DNA of 64,000 bases, from assembly GCA_045643285.1 (NCBI GenBank), contig JAZUKN010000102.1:45996-109995 (forward strand), given 5' to 3'. Under the pieces are notes generated by a model, which did no database searches, was not told where the DNA came from, and saw nothing but the letters and a program-made list of their open reading frames with translations. A program made the translations under genes and the position numbers. Of the stretch, positions 1-10,342 are shown one piece after another. The stretch is from Eubacteriales bacterium (lineage in GTDB: Bacteria > Bacillota > Clostridia > Oscillospirales > CAG-272). Numbering within the stretch: position 1 is the first letter of the stretch; each line of letters begins with the position of its first letter.

Positions 1-272
1 TTGTTATGACGGTGGAGCCGGGCTTCGGCGGACAGAAATTCATGGCGGATATGATGCCGAAGGTCACGGCACTGCGCGAATACATAGACGCACATAACCC
101 GGACGTGCTTCTCGAAGTCGACGGCGGAATAGGAGAGAAGACCGTTTCCGTTGCCGCAGAGGCAGGAGCGGACACATTCGTCGCGGGAACGGCGTTCTAT
201 AAGGCGGCAAGCGTCAAGGGAGAATGCGCGGAACTCAGGAAAATCGCCGCAGACGCATACCCGAAGAAATGA
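1..272 (+). CDS. rpe: ribulose-phosphate 3-epimerase, C-terminal fragment (5' end lies outside the window)
   Basis: The translation ...[10 protein letters not shown]...LEVDGGI...FVAGTAFY matches the conserved C-terminal half of Rpe. The ORF is open at the window edge. Confidence 0.85.
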   Translation, partial: VMTVEPGFGGQKFMADMMPKVTALREYIDAHNPDVLLEVDGGIGEKTVSVAAEAGADTFVAGTAFYKAASVKGECAELRKIAADAYPKK

Positions 273-436
273 ATCGGCACAATATACAATATTTATTCAA
301 ACTTTTGTGAATTTTCTGTGACAAATCACAGTTCATAAATTCGTTCCGATTCAACAAAAAACGCCTTAAATATGCTATAATATATAATAAGCATGGATAG
401 TGCTTATAAAAATTCAATATACTGTGTGGGGTGCGT

Positions 437-1579
437 ATGAGTGACAGCTTTTTCGGTGATCTTTCGGTCATAGGGATGCGCGGATGCGACAAATTTGTTG
501 ACCAGGTCGACTACTATCTGAAACAATGGAGAGCGCACGAAGAAAAAGAGTCTTTCGTGACTTACGCCGAATGTCCGAGATTCGGTTCCGGCGAGGGCAA
601 AGGACTTTCCCATTCTTCGATGAGAGGCCACGACGTTTATATCATCTCCGACTGCTTCAATCACGGAGTAAAGTATAAAATGTTCGGCGAAGAAGTCCCG
701 ATGAGTCCCGACGATCATTTCTCCGACCTCAAGAGAGTGATCGCGTCCATGGGCGGCAAGGCGAGAAGGATCACGGTCATCATGCCGATGCTTTACGAAG
801 GCAGACAGCATAAGAGAACGGCGCGTGAATCGCTCGACTGCGCTATCGCACTTCAGGAGCTTGTCAATATGGGAGTGCAGAACATCATCACGTTCGACGC
901 CCACGACGACAGAGTATCAAACGCAATTCCGCTGACCGGCTTTGACAGCATCAGACCTACATATCAGATGCTGAAAGCTCTCGTCCGCGACGTACCGGAC
1001 GTATCGTTCAACCACGAAGATATAATGGTCATCTCCCCCGATGAAGGCGCTATCTCAAGAACGATGTTCTACGCCTCCGTGCTCGGACTCGACCTCGGTA
1101 TGTTCTATAAGAGACGCAACTACGCCGTAGTAATCGACGGCAAGAACCCGATAGAAGCGCACGAATACCTCGGCAAGAGCATCAAGGGCAAGGACGCTAT
1201 CGTCGTAGACGATATGATTTCCTCCGGCGATTCGATACTCGACGTATCACGCCAGCTCAAGGAAAGAGGAGCAAAGCGCATCTTCCTCTTCGCGTCTTTC
1301 GGTCTGTTCACGAACGGCTACGACGCATTCGATAAAGCATACGCAGAGGGACTCTTCACGAAGTGCTTCACGACGAACCTCGTCTACCACCCGACGGGAC
1401 TTATGGATAAACCGTGGTATTCCGAAGTCAATATGTGCAAATACGTTGCTCTTATCATAGACACCCTCAACCAGGATCACTCAATAGCCGCAATGCTCAA
1501 CCCTGTTGAAAAGATCCATAATATCATAAACAAGCAGAACGCTAAAACAGAGACACAGCAGAAGCTCGAAATAAAGTAA
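437..1579 (+). CDS. prs: ribose-phosphate pyrophosphokinase (PRPP synthetase family, long form)
   Basis: Motifs ITFDAHD and IVVDDMISSGDS (PRPP-binding loop) are present. The ATG at 437 sits 5 nt after GGGG; the GTG at 431 is an alternative start. Confidence 0.85.
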   Translation: MSDSFFGDLSVIGMRGCDKFVDQVDYYLKQWRAHEEKESFVTYAECPRFGSGEGKGLSHSSMRGHDVYIISDCFNHGVKYKMFGEEVPMSPDDHFSDLKRVIASMGGKARRITVIMPMLYEGRQHKRTARESLDCAIALQELVNMGVQNIITFDAHDDRVSNAIPLTGFDSIRPTYQMLKALVRDVPDVSFNHEDIMVISPDEGAISRTMFYASVLGLDLGMFYKRRNYAVVIDGKNPIEAHEYLGKSIKGKDAIVVDDMISSGDSILDVSRQLKERGAKRIFLFASFGLFTNGYDAFDKAYAEGLFTKCFTTNLVYHPTGLMDKPWYSEVNMCKYVALIIDTLNQDHSIAAMLNPVEKIHNIINKQNAKTETQQKLEIK

Positions 1580-1591
1580 ATCGGAGTAAGT

Positions 1592-3319
1592 ATGCAGTAT
1601 TTCAAGAAAAAAACGGCAGAGGCACTTTTCTCGGCGATTTCTTCTCTGACTCCCGACTCGGGACTCACAGTCGACGAGATCGTCACGCTTCTCGAATATC
1701 CGCCGGACACAACGCTCGGAGACGTGGCGTTCCCGTGCTTCCGTCTCTCGAAGGCACTGAGAATGGCACCGCCGAAGATCGCGGCAGAGCTAAGCGAAAA
1801 GCTTGCCGACTATCCTCTCGCGTCGGTTTCCGTTGCTGGCGGTTATCTCAACTTCAAAATAAACCCCGAATATCTCTCCGATCACGTTCTTTGCGAGATC
1901 GAAGAAAAAGGCGGAAAATACGGCTCGGACGGACACGGAGAGGGGAAGCGAGTCGTCCTCGACTATTCGTCTCCGAATATCTGTAAGCCGTTCCATATCG
2001 GACACCTCGGTACTACCGTTATCGGTCATTCTATAAAGCTCCTTCATCAGTTCGTCGGCTACGAATGCACGGGTATCAACTACCTTGGCGACTGGGGAAC
2101 GCAGTTCGGCAAGCAGATCATCGCATACCGCAGATGGGCTGACAAGGACATCATCGAAAATGGCACGAACGACGAAAAGGTGGACGAGCTTGTCAGAATC
2201 TACGTTATGTTCCATAACGAAGCCGAAAAAGACCCGTCGCTTGAAGACGAAGCGAGAGCGGAATTTCATAAAATGGAAGAGGGAGACGCCGAAAACCTCG
2301 CTCTCCGTCAGAAATTCGTTGATATATCCCTCGCCGAATATAAAAAGACGTATAAACAGCTCGGTATCGAGTTCGATTCGTATAAAGGCGAGTCGTTCTA
2401 TACAGATAAAATGCCGGCGCAGGTCGAAAAGCTCCGCGAGCTCGGATTGCTCAAAATCGACAACGGCGCGTCTATCGTCGATCTCGAAGAGTACGGTATG
2501 CCGCCGTGCCTTATCTTAAAGAAAGACGGCTCGTCGCTTTATCCGACAAGAGATATAGCCGCCGCCGTTTACCGTAAGCAGACGTACGACTTCGATAAAT
2601 GTATCTACATCACCGCCGCATCTCAGAGCCTGCACTTCTCGCAGTGGTTCAAGGTCGTCGAGATGATGGGCTACGACTGGTATAAAGGACTTGTACACGT
2701 TCCGTACGGTACGGTGTCTGTCGACGGCGCAAAGCTCGCCACAAGAACAGGCAACGTCGTACTGCTCAAGGACCTCTTCAAGCTCTCGACTGATAAAGTA
2801 AGCGAAGTCATGGCAGAGAAGAGCCCCGATCTCGAAAACCGCGAGGAAGTTGCGGAGGCAGTCGGTGTCGGCGCGATAATCTTCAACTATCTCTATAACA
2901 GCAGGATCAAGGATATAAACTTCACTCTCGATCAGGCACTCAGCTTTGAGGGAAGCACAGGTCCGTACGCTCAGTACACATACGCGAGAACGTGTTCGAT
3001 CCTCTCGAAGGCAAAGGAATCCGGGATCAGCGGTGTCGGCGGAAAACTCACCCACGCGAGCGAAGAAGAGCTGCTCAAGACGCTCTCCCGATTCCCCGAA
3101 AAGGTGTCGGACGCAGTAGAGCAGTATGAGCCGTCCGTAATCACGAGATATGCAATAGAGGTTTGCACGGCGTTCAACCACTTCTACCGCGACTGCCCGA
3201 TAGTGACGGCTGAAACGGACGAAGAAAAAGCGTTCCGCGTCCGCCTCACAAAAGCCGCAAATACCGTACTCGGCACCGCGCTCCACCTTGTCTGCATGAA
3301 AACACCCGAAAAAATTTAA
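1592..3319 (+). CDS. argS: arginine--tRNA ligase
   Basis: 575 aa with the class I HIGH motif (PFHIGHLG) and ArgRS-typical N- and C-terminal regions. Confidence 0.93.
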   Translation: MQYFKKKTAEALFSAISSLTPDSGLTVDEIVTLLEYPPDTTLGDVAFPCFRLSKALRMAPPKIAAELSEKLADYPLASVSVAGGYLNFKINPEYLSDHVLCEIEEKGGKYGSDGHGEGKRVVLDYSSPNICKPFHIGHLGTTVIGHSIKLLHQFVGYECTGINYLGDWGTQFGKQIIAYRRWADKDIIENGTNDEKVDELVRIYVMFHNEAEKDPSLEDEARAEFHKMEEGDAENLALRQKFVDISLAEYKKTYKQLGIEFDSYKGESFYTDKMPAQVEKLRELGLLKIDNGASIVDLEEYGMPPCLILKKDGSSLYPTRDIAAAVYRKQTYDFDKCIYITAASQSLHFSQWFKVVEMMGYDWYKGLVHVPYGTVSVDGAKLATRTGNVVLLKDLFKLSTDKVSEVMAEKSPDLENREEVAEAVGVGAIIFNYLYNSRIKDINFTLDQALSFEGSTGPYAQYTYARTCSILSKAKESGISGVGGKLTHASEEELLKTLSRFPEKVSDAVEQYEPSVITRYAIEVCTAFNHFYRDCPIVTAETDEEKAFRVRLTKAANTVLGTALHLVCMKTPEKI

Positions 3320-3343
3320 TTTAACATATACGAGGTAATAAAG

Positions 3344-4084
3344 ATGTCAGGACACAGTAAATGGAACAATATCAAGAACAAAAAGGCAAAGACAGACGCC
3401 GCAAAGGGTAAAGTGTTCACAAAGATCGGTAAGGAGATCGCCATTTGCGTAAGAGAGGGCGGCGGTGACCCGAACACCAACGGTAAGCTCCGTGATCTTA
3501 TCTCCAAGGCAAAAGCCGCAAACGTCCCGAACGATAACATCGACCGCGCTATCAAGAAGGCAATGGGCGCAGACGCCGTTCAGTACGAAGAGATCATCTA
3601 TGAAGGCTACGGTCCGTGCGGAGTTGCAGTCATCGTTGAAACTGCAACGGATTCGAGAAACCGTACAGCATCCGACGTTCGCCACTTCTTCGATAAGTAC
3701 GGCGGAAATCTCGGCGCTACCGGTTGCGTATCCTATATGTTCGACGATAAGGGCGTGATCATCCTCCTCCGCGAAGACAACGAAAAGGCTGACGAGGACG
3801 AGCTTATGGAAGCCGCACTCGAGGCAGGCGCAGAAGACTTCTCCGCAGACGAAGACGCATTCGAGATCACGACACAGCCCGACGACGTATACGCTATCAA
3901 GGAAGCACTTGAGGCAAAGGGCTATAAAGTCGAATCCGCGGAAGAAACGAAGATCCCGCAGTCGTACGTAACGCTCACCGACGAAGAAGCGATCAAGAAT
4001 ATGAACGCACTTCTCGAACACCTCGACGAAAGCGACGACGTTTCCGAAGTATACCACAACTGGGAAAACGCCGACGAAGAATAA
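3344..4084 (+). CDS. YebC/PmpR family DNA-binding transcriptional regulator
   Basis: N-terminal signature MSGHSKWNNIKNKK, 246 aa, with the family's typical acidic C-terminus. Confidence 0.92.
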   Translation: MSGHSKWNNIKNKKAKTDAAKGKVFTKIGKEIAICVREGGGDPNTNGKLRDLISKAKAANVPNDNIDRAIKKAMGADAVQYEEIIYEGYGPCGVAVIVETATDSRNRTASDVRHFFDKYGGNLGATGCVSYMFDDKGVIILLREDNEKADEDELMEAALEAGAEDFSADEDAFEITTQPDDVYAIKEALEAKGYKVESAEETKIPQSYVTLTDEEAIKNMNALLEHLDESDDVSEVYHNWENADEE

Positions 4085-4097
4085 TTACAGTCAAAAC

Positions 4098-4141
4098 AAA
4101 ATCCACCGGATCCATAACGGAAACGGTGGATTTTTTGTTTT
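4098..4141. terminator. rho-independent terminator between convergent genes
   Basis: Stem ATCCACCG (4101-4108) pairs with CGGTGGAT (4124-4131) and is followed by a T-run. An A-run precedes it, so it could work in both directions. Confidence 0.75.
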
Positions 4142-4170
4142 CATCAAACGGTAGTTTACGTAAGCGCGAA

Positions 4171-5493
4171 TCAAAGCTCAGTCCGCAGTGTCCAGGTCTG
4201 CTGACGGATGCGTCTGCTCAGCCACTCATCCTTGAAATCTGTGCTGTGGATCCAGTATCCGTCGATGCGGCACGTCTTGATATGCGGGAAAGTACCGGCG
4301 TAGTTGCATTCCTGCGCCCTCGGATAAAGGGTGACGCGCTCCGATCCCATGGCGACATCAAGCATGGCGAACAGGAGATCGGCAGGACCGACCTTCTGAC
4401 CGTCGACGAAAATGAACGGAGGAATAAAATCGTCGTGGGAGAGAGAAGCGGCGGCTTTTCTGATTCCGTCGGCAGATAGGATCACACTCTCCGTTATGCC
4501 TTCGGGATCTGCGAGGAAACCGTGGACTCTGCCGGTGGTGTAAGGCTCATCCGAGAAGAGAAAATGCCGTGCGGCGAAGAAGCAGTCCGCGACCGATAAC
4601 GAAACGGGAGAAACGAGCCACTTGAAGTCTTTTTCAAGCGATTGTTTGACAGGGGGAAGCATTTCACGGGTGACAGTTCTGCCGAAAATATCGTTTTTGA
4701 CTTTTTCATCGAGTGTTTCGAGCGGCGGAAGAACGAATCGCGGATCGGATTTCAGCGCTTTGGCGAGAGAATCCATACGACGGTAGAACATTTCGCTTTC
4801 TTCTGCGGTGTGCATTTCCGGCTCTTCCCATTCGTACATCGGGTGGTGGTTGTACCCGTCGTAATTGACTCTGTCCCAGTGCTTTTTATAAATCGCTCTG
4901 TGCGGGTGGTGACAGATGAAAACGTGACGTAGAGATGCCATGCGGTCAATTAGTGCCGCTTCGTTGTAGTCATCCTTGAAAAGCTCGTCTTCAAGGCAGA
5001 TGTCGTAATTCGTGTGGAATCCGTTGCAGTAATAGAAACCGGAACCGTCCGGCATCGGATTGATACTGCCGATGAAGATCGGTATATCCCAGTCGGCGTA
5101 GGTGTACATTGCAACATAGGACATACTGTAACCGGGCGGGCAGGCGGCAACAACGGAATCGATGCCGGTAGCGGCCTTGATCATGCCGAGACCTTCCGCC
5201 TCCTGTCTCTCGAACTCTCGGCGTGCGTTGAAGTAATCCTCGAGATCCGTGTATTCACAAATGGTCGGGTGGATACTGTGGCGGAGAGAGTGGGTGGAGA
5301 TCGTATGTTTTTTCAGAGAATCAAGCACATCATAACGGCGGTTGCGGATCAGCTCACGCGCAAGGTATCCGACAAGATTGAAGTTGCCTTTGATACCGTT
5401 TGCCGAGAGAATATCCGCTTCTCTTTTTGCCGAAGTGCTTGATTTGTCACTCGTGAAGTCCTCTGTATCGAAACAGAAATATACGTCAGTCAT
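4171..5493 (-). CDS. hypothetical protein, possibly of the polysaccharide-deacetylase-like (CE4-like) fold
   Basis: 440-aa ORF whose N-terminus (YFCFDTEDF...THSLRHS) resembles deacetylase/GH57-like barrels. It has its own promoter. The function is not established. Confidence 0.6.
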   Translation of the reverse strand: MTDVYFCFDTEDFTSDKSSTSAKREADILSANGIKGNFNLVGYLARELIRNRRYDVLDSLKKHTISTHSLRHSIHPTICEYTDLEDYFNARREFERQEAEGLGMIKAATGIDSVVAACPPGYSMSYVAMYTYADWDIPIFIGSINPMPDGSGFYYCNGFHTNYDICLEDELFKDDYNEAALIDRMASLRHVFICHHPHRAIYKKHWDRVNYDGYNHHPMYEWEEPEMHTAEESEMFYRRMDSLAKALKSDPRFVLPPLETLDEKVKNDIFGRTVTREMLPPVKQSLEKDFKWLVSPVSLSVADCFFAARHFLFSDEPYTTGRVHGFLADPEGITESVILSADGIRKAAASLSHDDFIPPFIFVDGQKVGPADLLFAMLDVAMGSERVTLYPRAQECNYAGTFPHIKTCRIDGYWIHSTDFKDEWLSRRIRQQTWTLRTEL

Positions 5494-5537
5494 ACTGCGT
5501 GTTCCTCGCTGTCATTGCGGTTTTTTATCTATATCTT

Positions 5538-5565
5538 ATTATAGCGATCTGACCGGAAAATACAA
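5538..5565 (-). promoter_or_regulatory. sigma-A-type promoter for the 4171..5493 gene
   Basis: On the minus strand it reads TTGTAT-16 nt-TATAAT. Confidence 0.55.
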
Positions 5566-5602
5566 GAGTTTTTGTGTACGGAGTAATTATTTTCGTAGTT
5601 TT

Positions 5603-5637
5603 AGAAAAAAGAAAAGCCACCGAATAACGATGGCTTT
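5603..5637 (-). terminator. rho-independent terminator of the rplM-rpsI operon
   Basis: On the minus strand it reads AAGCCATCG-ttatt-CGGTGGCTT followed by TTCTTTTTTC. Confidence 0.8.
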
Positions 5638-5659
5638 TGTTTCGCCCGATTGGGACAAC

Positions 5660-6061
5660 TTATCTCTTTGAGAACTGAGGAGCGCGACGGGCACCTTTGA
5701 GACCGTATTTCTTTCTTTCTTTCATTCTCGGGTCTCTGGTGAGGAAGCCTGCCTTCTTGAGAGCGTCGTGGTTAGCTTCATCAGCTGCGAGGAGCGCTCT
5801 TGCAACACCGTGACGGATAGCGCCTGCCTGACCTGCGATACCGCCGCCGACAACGTTTACGACGATGTCGAACTTGCCTGCAGTGTTGGTTACGCCGAAC
5901 GGCTGGTTGATGATGAGCTTCAGTGTTTCGAGTCCGAAGTAATCGTCAACGTCACGACCGTTGATAGTGATCTTGCCTGTACCGGGATAAAGTCTTACGC
6001 GAGCAACGGAGCTTTTTCTTCTGCCCGTACCTTAGAAATAAGTTTTAGCTCTTTTATACAT
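5660..6061 (-). CDS. rpsI: 30S ribosomal protein S9, interrupted by an in-frame TAA at codon 10 (plus-strand 6032..6034)
   Basis: My own reverse-complement translation reads [47 protein letters not shown]...[16 protein letters not shown]. The gene is missing from the ORF track because there is no start codon after the TAA. It lies immediately downstream of rplM, as in other bacteria. Confidence 0.85.
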
Positions 6062-6081
6062 ATTTTGTTACCGTCCCTTTC

Positions 6082-6516
6082 TTATATTTCAACTTCGTAC
6101 GGAACAGGATTCTGAGCTGCCTGCTTGTGCTCGGAACCTGCGTATGTCTTGAGTCTTGTGATAGCCTTGTCACCGATAGAGTTGTGCGGAAGCATACCCT
6201 TTACGGCGAGTTCCATAGCGAATTCCGGTTTTTCAGCCATGAGCTTGCGGTAGGATGTTTCCTTAAGACCGCCGATGTAGCCGGAGTGTGTGCGGTAGAA
6301 CTTCTGATCGAGCTTTCTGCCGGTGAGAACTGCCTTGTCGCAGTTGATGATGACTACGAATTCGCCGCAGTCAACGTTAGGTGTGAATTCGGGGCGATGT
6401 TTGCCGCGAAGAATGTTAGCAGCCGTAACTGCTGTTTTTCCGAGAGGCTTGCCGGCTGCGTCAAGGACGTACCAAGCGCGCTTAACCTCTGCGGGTTTCT
6501 GCATGTATGTGGACAT
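6082..6516 (-). CDS. rplM: 50S ribosomal protein L13
   Basis: 144 aa. The translation [20 protein letters not shown]...GMLPHN matches L13. Confidence 0.96.
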   Translation of the reverse strand: MSTYMQKPAEVKRAWYVLDAAGKPLGKTAVTAANILRGKHRPEFTPNVDCGEFVVIINCDKAVLTGRKLDQKFYRTHSGYIGGLKETSYRKLMAEKPEFAMELAVKGMLPHNSIGDKAITRLKTYAGSEHKQAAQNPVPYEVEI

Positions 6517-6563
6517 ACCTTTTTTCCTCCGAAAATATTAGATTATTTTTTCGTACGTCGGAG

Positions 6564-6592
6564 ATTATAGCACGGTAGAGAATTTTTGTCAA
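6564..6592 (-). promoter_or_regulatory. consensus sigma-A promoter of rplM-rpsI
   Basis: On the minus strand it reads TTGACA-17 nt-TATAAT with an extended -10 TGc. Confidence 0.8.
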
Positions 6593-6736
6593 GAGTTTTT
6601 TGAAAAAAAGTTTGATTATTTTGATTTAGCATAGGCAAATCTCGTTTTTTCTTTGTTTTTCTTGCGTTTTTGGGTGTTTTATTGCGACACTGAAGAAAAA
6701 AAGGAAGAAAACACGCAGTGTTTTCCACCTTACCCC

Positions 6737-6765
6737 TTGAAATTATTTTCATTATATAGTATAAT
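6737..6765 (+). promoter_or_regulatory. sigma-A promoter for the 6849 gene
   Basis: TTGAAA-17 nt-TATAAT. Confidence 0.7.
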
Positions 6766-6848
6766 ATACTGAATATATTTGAAAATCACGCGCGTTTTCA
6801 AAACGCGATTCAAAATGATACACTGCCATTTCATGAAAGGATAACACA

Positions 6849-7982
6849 ATGCTTTCTGCTCTGAAAAACTTCGGGGTCACATTCCTCGTTTCGGCTCTCA
6901 TATTCGGCATCATCGCTTACTTTGCGACTTCGTTCGTCACAGGTACCGTCGAGAGCATCTTCCGCTCCGAAAAAGAAGAACTTGATAACATCATCAAGGA
7001 TTCCGAAAACTCCGACGGTGAAGAGCCTGATATCCCGGGTACGACTCCCGACAACACAATCGACGGCGACAGCTTCTCGTTCCTTATGATAACGACCGAC
7101 TACCGCCCCGATCTTTACGATAATTATATCCTCTCTTCCGATGATACCGAATGGTTCTCGACTGCAAAACCGTCCGACTCTATCGGCGTGCTGAGCGGCG
7201 GCTACAGAACGGCACACGTCTCGTCAATTACGCTCGTCATCCTTGATAAAGATAACAGAAACACCGTTTATTCATATATCACACCGTCTCTCCGCGTCAC
7301 GACCGCAAGCGGATACCGCACTCTGAGCGAAGTCTACTATACATACGGCATAGATAAGCTCTGCGAATATGTGACATCCCTCACAGGGATCGTGCCGGAC
7401 TATTCGTTCATCCTCGGCGGCTCCGATATGGCGGCTTTCACGACTGTTGCAGGTACGGTGCAGGTGAATAATCCCTCTGCCGTTTACACCGACGGAATGT
7501 ACTACACATACAGCGCGACAAAGCAGGTCGACGGCTATGACGTGAACGGCGAAAGGATCACATATCCCGCCGATAACGCGCTAACCCTTTATTCCGGCGA
7601 GCTTGATATGACATCCGAACGGTTTTATACCGCACTGTCGGTCATCGAACACAGTAAAGCAGACCTCAGCACAAAGCAGATCGTCACGCTGTCGCTGTCT
7701 GAGGCGTATATAGACCACTTCGCTTCAATGTCGAAAGCACTTCTCGGCGAATTGATAACCAACCTCACCGCAACACGGCAGACAGTGAAGACAAACTTCA
7801 CGTCAAAGGACCTCGACGCAGTCTACGACCTCTTCAGCTACGCAGACGAATTCGAAAAAATCGAGCTTACATATCCCTGCACATATAAATCCCCGACGGA
7901 AACCTCGAACGGCTATTTCAAGCCCGATACCGACAAGGCAGTCGTGATGTTCGAGAAATACCGCCTCACAACCGGCAAATAA
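6849..7982 (+). CDS. membrane-anchored protein, degenerate LytR-CpsA-Psr (LCP)-like
   Basis: N-terminal TM helix, followed by [12 protein letters not shown]...ITLVILDK...[13 protein letters not shown], which resembles the LCP core. Confidence 0.55.
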   Translation: MLSALKNFGVTFLVSALIFGIIAYFATSFVTGTVESIFRSEKEELDNIIKDSENSDGEEPDIPGTTPDNTIDGDSFSFLMITTDYRPDLYDNYILSSDDTEWFSTAKPSDSIGVLSGGYRTAHVSSITLVILDKDNRNTVYSYITPSLRVTTASGYRTLSEVYYTYGIDKLCEYVTSLTGIVPDYSFILGGSDMAAFTTVAGTVQVNNPSAVYTDGMYYTYSATKQVDGYDVNGERITYPADNALTLYSGELDMTSERFYTALSVIEHSKADLSTKQIVTLSLSEAYIDHFASMSKALLGELITNLTATRQTVKTNFTSKDLDAVYDLFSYADEFEKIELTYPCTYKSPTETSNGYFKPDTDKAVVMFEKYRLTTGK

Positions 7983-8023
7983 TAAAAATTCTTCATAAAC
8001 ACAAAAAAGGAAGGTACAATCCT

Positions 8024-9433
8024 ATGCGTATGGCAAACACTGAAAAAACAATGGACAAGATCGTAGCGCTCTGCAAGAACAGAGGCTTTGTATTCCCCGG
8101 CTCCGAGATCTACGGAGGACTCGCAAATACATGGGACTACGGTCCGCTCGGCGTAGAGCTGAAGAACAACATCAAAAAAGCATGGTGGAAGAAGTTCGTC
8201 CAGGAGAACAAATATAACGCCGGTCTTGATGCGGCTATCCTTATGAATCCGCAGACGTGGGTGGCATCCGGTCACCTTGCAGGCTTCTCCGATCCGCTTA
8301 TGGACTGCCGTGAATGCCACGAAAGATTCAGAGCCGACAAGCTCATCGAAGACTGGTGCGCCGAAAACTCGTTCGAGCTTCCGAAGCCGATCGACGCATT
8401 CTCCCAGGCTGAGATGAAAGCGTTCGTTGAAGAACACAACATCCTCTGCCCGTCCTGCGGCAAGCATAACTTCACCGATATAAGACAGTTCAACCTTATG
8501 TTCAAGACGTTCCAGGGCGTAACAGAGGACGCAAAGAACACCGTTTACCTCCGTCCCGAAACCGCACAGGGCATCTTCACAAACTTCGTGAACGTACAGC
8601 GTACAACAAGAAAGAAAATACCGTTCGGTATCGGTCAGATCGGCAAATCGTTCCGTAACGAGATCACACCCGGTAACTTCATCTTCCGCGTCCGCGAATT
8701 CGAGCAGATGGAGCTTGAATTCTTCTGCAAGCCCAGCACAGACCTCGAATGGTTCAACTACTGGCGTTCGTACTGCCATAACTGGCTCCTCTCTATAGGA
8801 CTGCGCGACGAAAATATCCGCCTCCGCGACCACGATCCCGAAGAGCTTTGCTTCTACTCCAAGGCAACTACCGACTTTGAGTTTATGTTCCCGTTCGGCT
8901 GGGGCGAGCTTTGGGGCGTTGCCGACAGAACAGACTACGACCTCACACAGCACCAGACCGTTTCCGGCAAGGACCTTACTTACTTCGATCCCGAAACGAA
9001 CGAAAGATATATCCCGTACGTCATCGAGCCGTCTCTCGGCGTTGAGAGAAGCGTTCTCGCAGTTCTCTGCGACGCATACGACGAAGAAGTCGTAGACGCG
9101 GAAAAGAACGATACGCGCGTTGTAATGCACTTCAGTCCTGCTATCGCTCCCGTAAAGGCTGCCGTACTTCCGCTCTCGAAGAAGCTCTCCGACAATGCGG
9201 CTGAACTCTTTAACGAGCTGAATAAGCTGTTCCCGGTAGACTTCGACGACGCAGGCTCTATCGGTAAGAGATACCGCAGAGAAGACGAGATCGGCACACC
9301 GTTCTGCATCTGCTACGACTTCGATTCAGTTGAAGATAACTGCGTAACTATCCGTGACCGCGACACAATGGAGCAGGTAAGAATGCCGATCTCCGAAGTT
9401 GCCGCATACATTCAGCAGAAGCTCGAGTTTTAA
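8024..9433 (+). CDS. glyQS: glycine--tRNA ligase (homodimeric class II type)
   Basis: 469 aa. The translation [28 protein letters not shown] is typical of GlyQS. Confidence 0.94.
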   Translation: MRMANTEKTMDKIVALCKNRGFVFPGSEIYGGLANTWDYGPLGVELKNNIKKAWWKKFVQENKYNAGLDAAILMNPQTWVASGHLAGFSDPLMDCRECHERFRADKLIEDWCAENSFELPKPIDAFSQAEMKAFVEEHNILCPSCGKHNFTDIRQFNLMFKTFQGVTEDAKNTVYLRPETAQGIFTNFVNVQRTTRKKIPFGIGQIGKSFRNEITPGNFIFRVREFEQMELEFFCKPSTDLEWFNYWRSYCHNWLLSIGLRDENIRLRDHDPEELCFYSKATTDFEFMFPFGWGELWGVADRTDYDLTQHQTVSGKDLTYFDPETNERYIPYVIEPSLGVERSVLAVLCDAYDEEVVDAEKNDTRVVMHFSPAIAPVKAAVLPLSKKLSDNAAELFNELNKLFPVDFDDAGSIGKRYRREDEIGTPFCICYDFDSVEDNCVTIRDRDTMEQVRMPISEVAAYIQQKLEF

Positions 9434-9460
9434 TTTTTGAAAAACTAACCGGAGGTTCTT

Positions 9461-10342
9461 ATGACTTTCACGATCAGCTCGAATAATTCGACCGGCACAG
9501 TCCGCACATACGGCGGCGAGCTTGCCTCGTTCATCTCAGACGGTATCGAATACGTATGGCAGGGAAATCCCGAACACTGGAACGGACAGGCGCCTATCCT
9601 TTTCCCGGTCTGCTGTTCCGCAAAGGACAACAAAATGGCGTTCGACGGCGTGGAATATCCGATGCCGAAGCACGGACTCGCAAGAAAGCGCGAATTTGAG
9701 CCGGTGTATGTCTCAAAGAATAAAATAGTCCTCGAACAGCGCGAAAGCGAAGAAACGCTCGCGTCGTTCCCGTTCTGCTATTCGCTGAAAGCCGAATACA
9801 GCGTCACCGACGACGGCTTTTCCGCTCGCTTCACCGTAAAGAATATGGATAAGAACGAAATGACGTTCTGTATCGGCGGTCATCCCGGCTTCAATGTGCC
9901 GCTCAGAGAAGAAGACGGCGGATTTGAAGAGCATAAGCTCGTGTTCGACGACGCAGAAGGCTGTACCGTTTCGATAACGAAGGACGGATATATGAATTCC
10001 TCCGTTCCGAAGTGCGATAAACTCATCGGTACGAACGAACTTCCGCTCGTTTATTCCGATTTCGATAACGACTGTATGATAGTCGAAAACCTGCCGAAAA
10101 AATCCGTCAAGCTCGTCTCGACGAAGACAGATAAGGGCTTCCGCTTCAATTTCGAGGGCTTTGACGCGCTCGGTATCTGGACGCCCGAATTCAAGCATTC
10201 ACCGTTCCTCTGCCTCGAACCGTGGAACGGTCTTCCGGCTGATGTCGACGAAACGACAGACGCAAAGAGCAAGAAATATGCAAAGACCTTAAAACCCGAT
10301 GAAGAATATTCTGTCGGCTACAGCATCGAAATAATCAGATGA
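9461..10342 (+). CDS. aldose 1-epimerase (galactose mutarotase-like) family protein
   Basis: 293 aa with PILFPVCCS...HGLAR...GGHPGF...LEPW motifs and a GGAGG RBS. Confidence 0.8.
   Translation: MTFTISSNNSTGTVRTYGGELASFISDGIEYVWQGNPEHWNGQAPILFPVCCSAKDNKMAFDGVEYPMPKHGLARKREFEPVYVSKNKIVLEQRESEETLASFPFCYSLKAEYSVTDDGFSARFTVKNMDKNEMTFCIGGHPGFNVPLREEDGGFEEHKLVFDDAEGCTVSITKDGYMNSSVPKCDKLIGTNELPLVYSDFDNDCMIVENLPKKSVKLVSTKTDKGFRFNFEGFDALGIWTPEFKHSPFLCLEPWNGLPADVDETTDAKSKKYAKTLKPDEEYSVGYSIEIIR

Noticed and set aside
350-381. A sigma-A promoter for prs (TTCAAC ... TATAAT).
   Set aside because: The -10 (376..381, with TGc) is good, but the best -35 candidate is 20 nt away. The evidence is too weak to list as a feature.
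1580-1591. T-box leaders expected upstream of the aminoacyl-tRNA synthetase genes argS, glyQS (7983..8023) and tyrS (35150..35185).
   Set aside because: The upstream spacers are only 12, 41 and 36 nt. That is far too short for a ~200-nt T-box, and no specifier or T-box sequence is present.
6032-6034. The idea that the in-frame TAA in rpsI reflects an alternative genetic code in which TAA is a sense codon.
   Set aside because: TAA terminates many well-supported genes in this same window at the expected protein length, including prs, argS, yebC, tyrS, dnaE, trxA and the CDF gene. A code change is therefore not supported.
6526-6563. A possible SD-sequestering hairpin (CUCCGA...UCGGAG) acting as an L13/S9 autoregulatory leader.
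   Set aside because: The 5' arm lies directly after the -10 box, at about -6 to -1 relative to the expected transcription start. It is therefore probably not transcribed.
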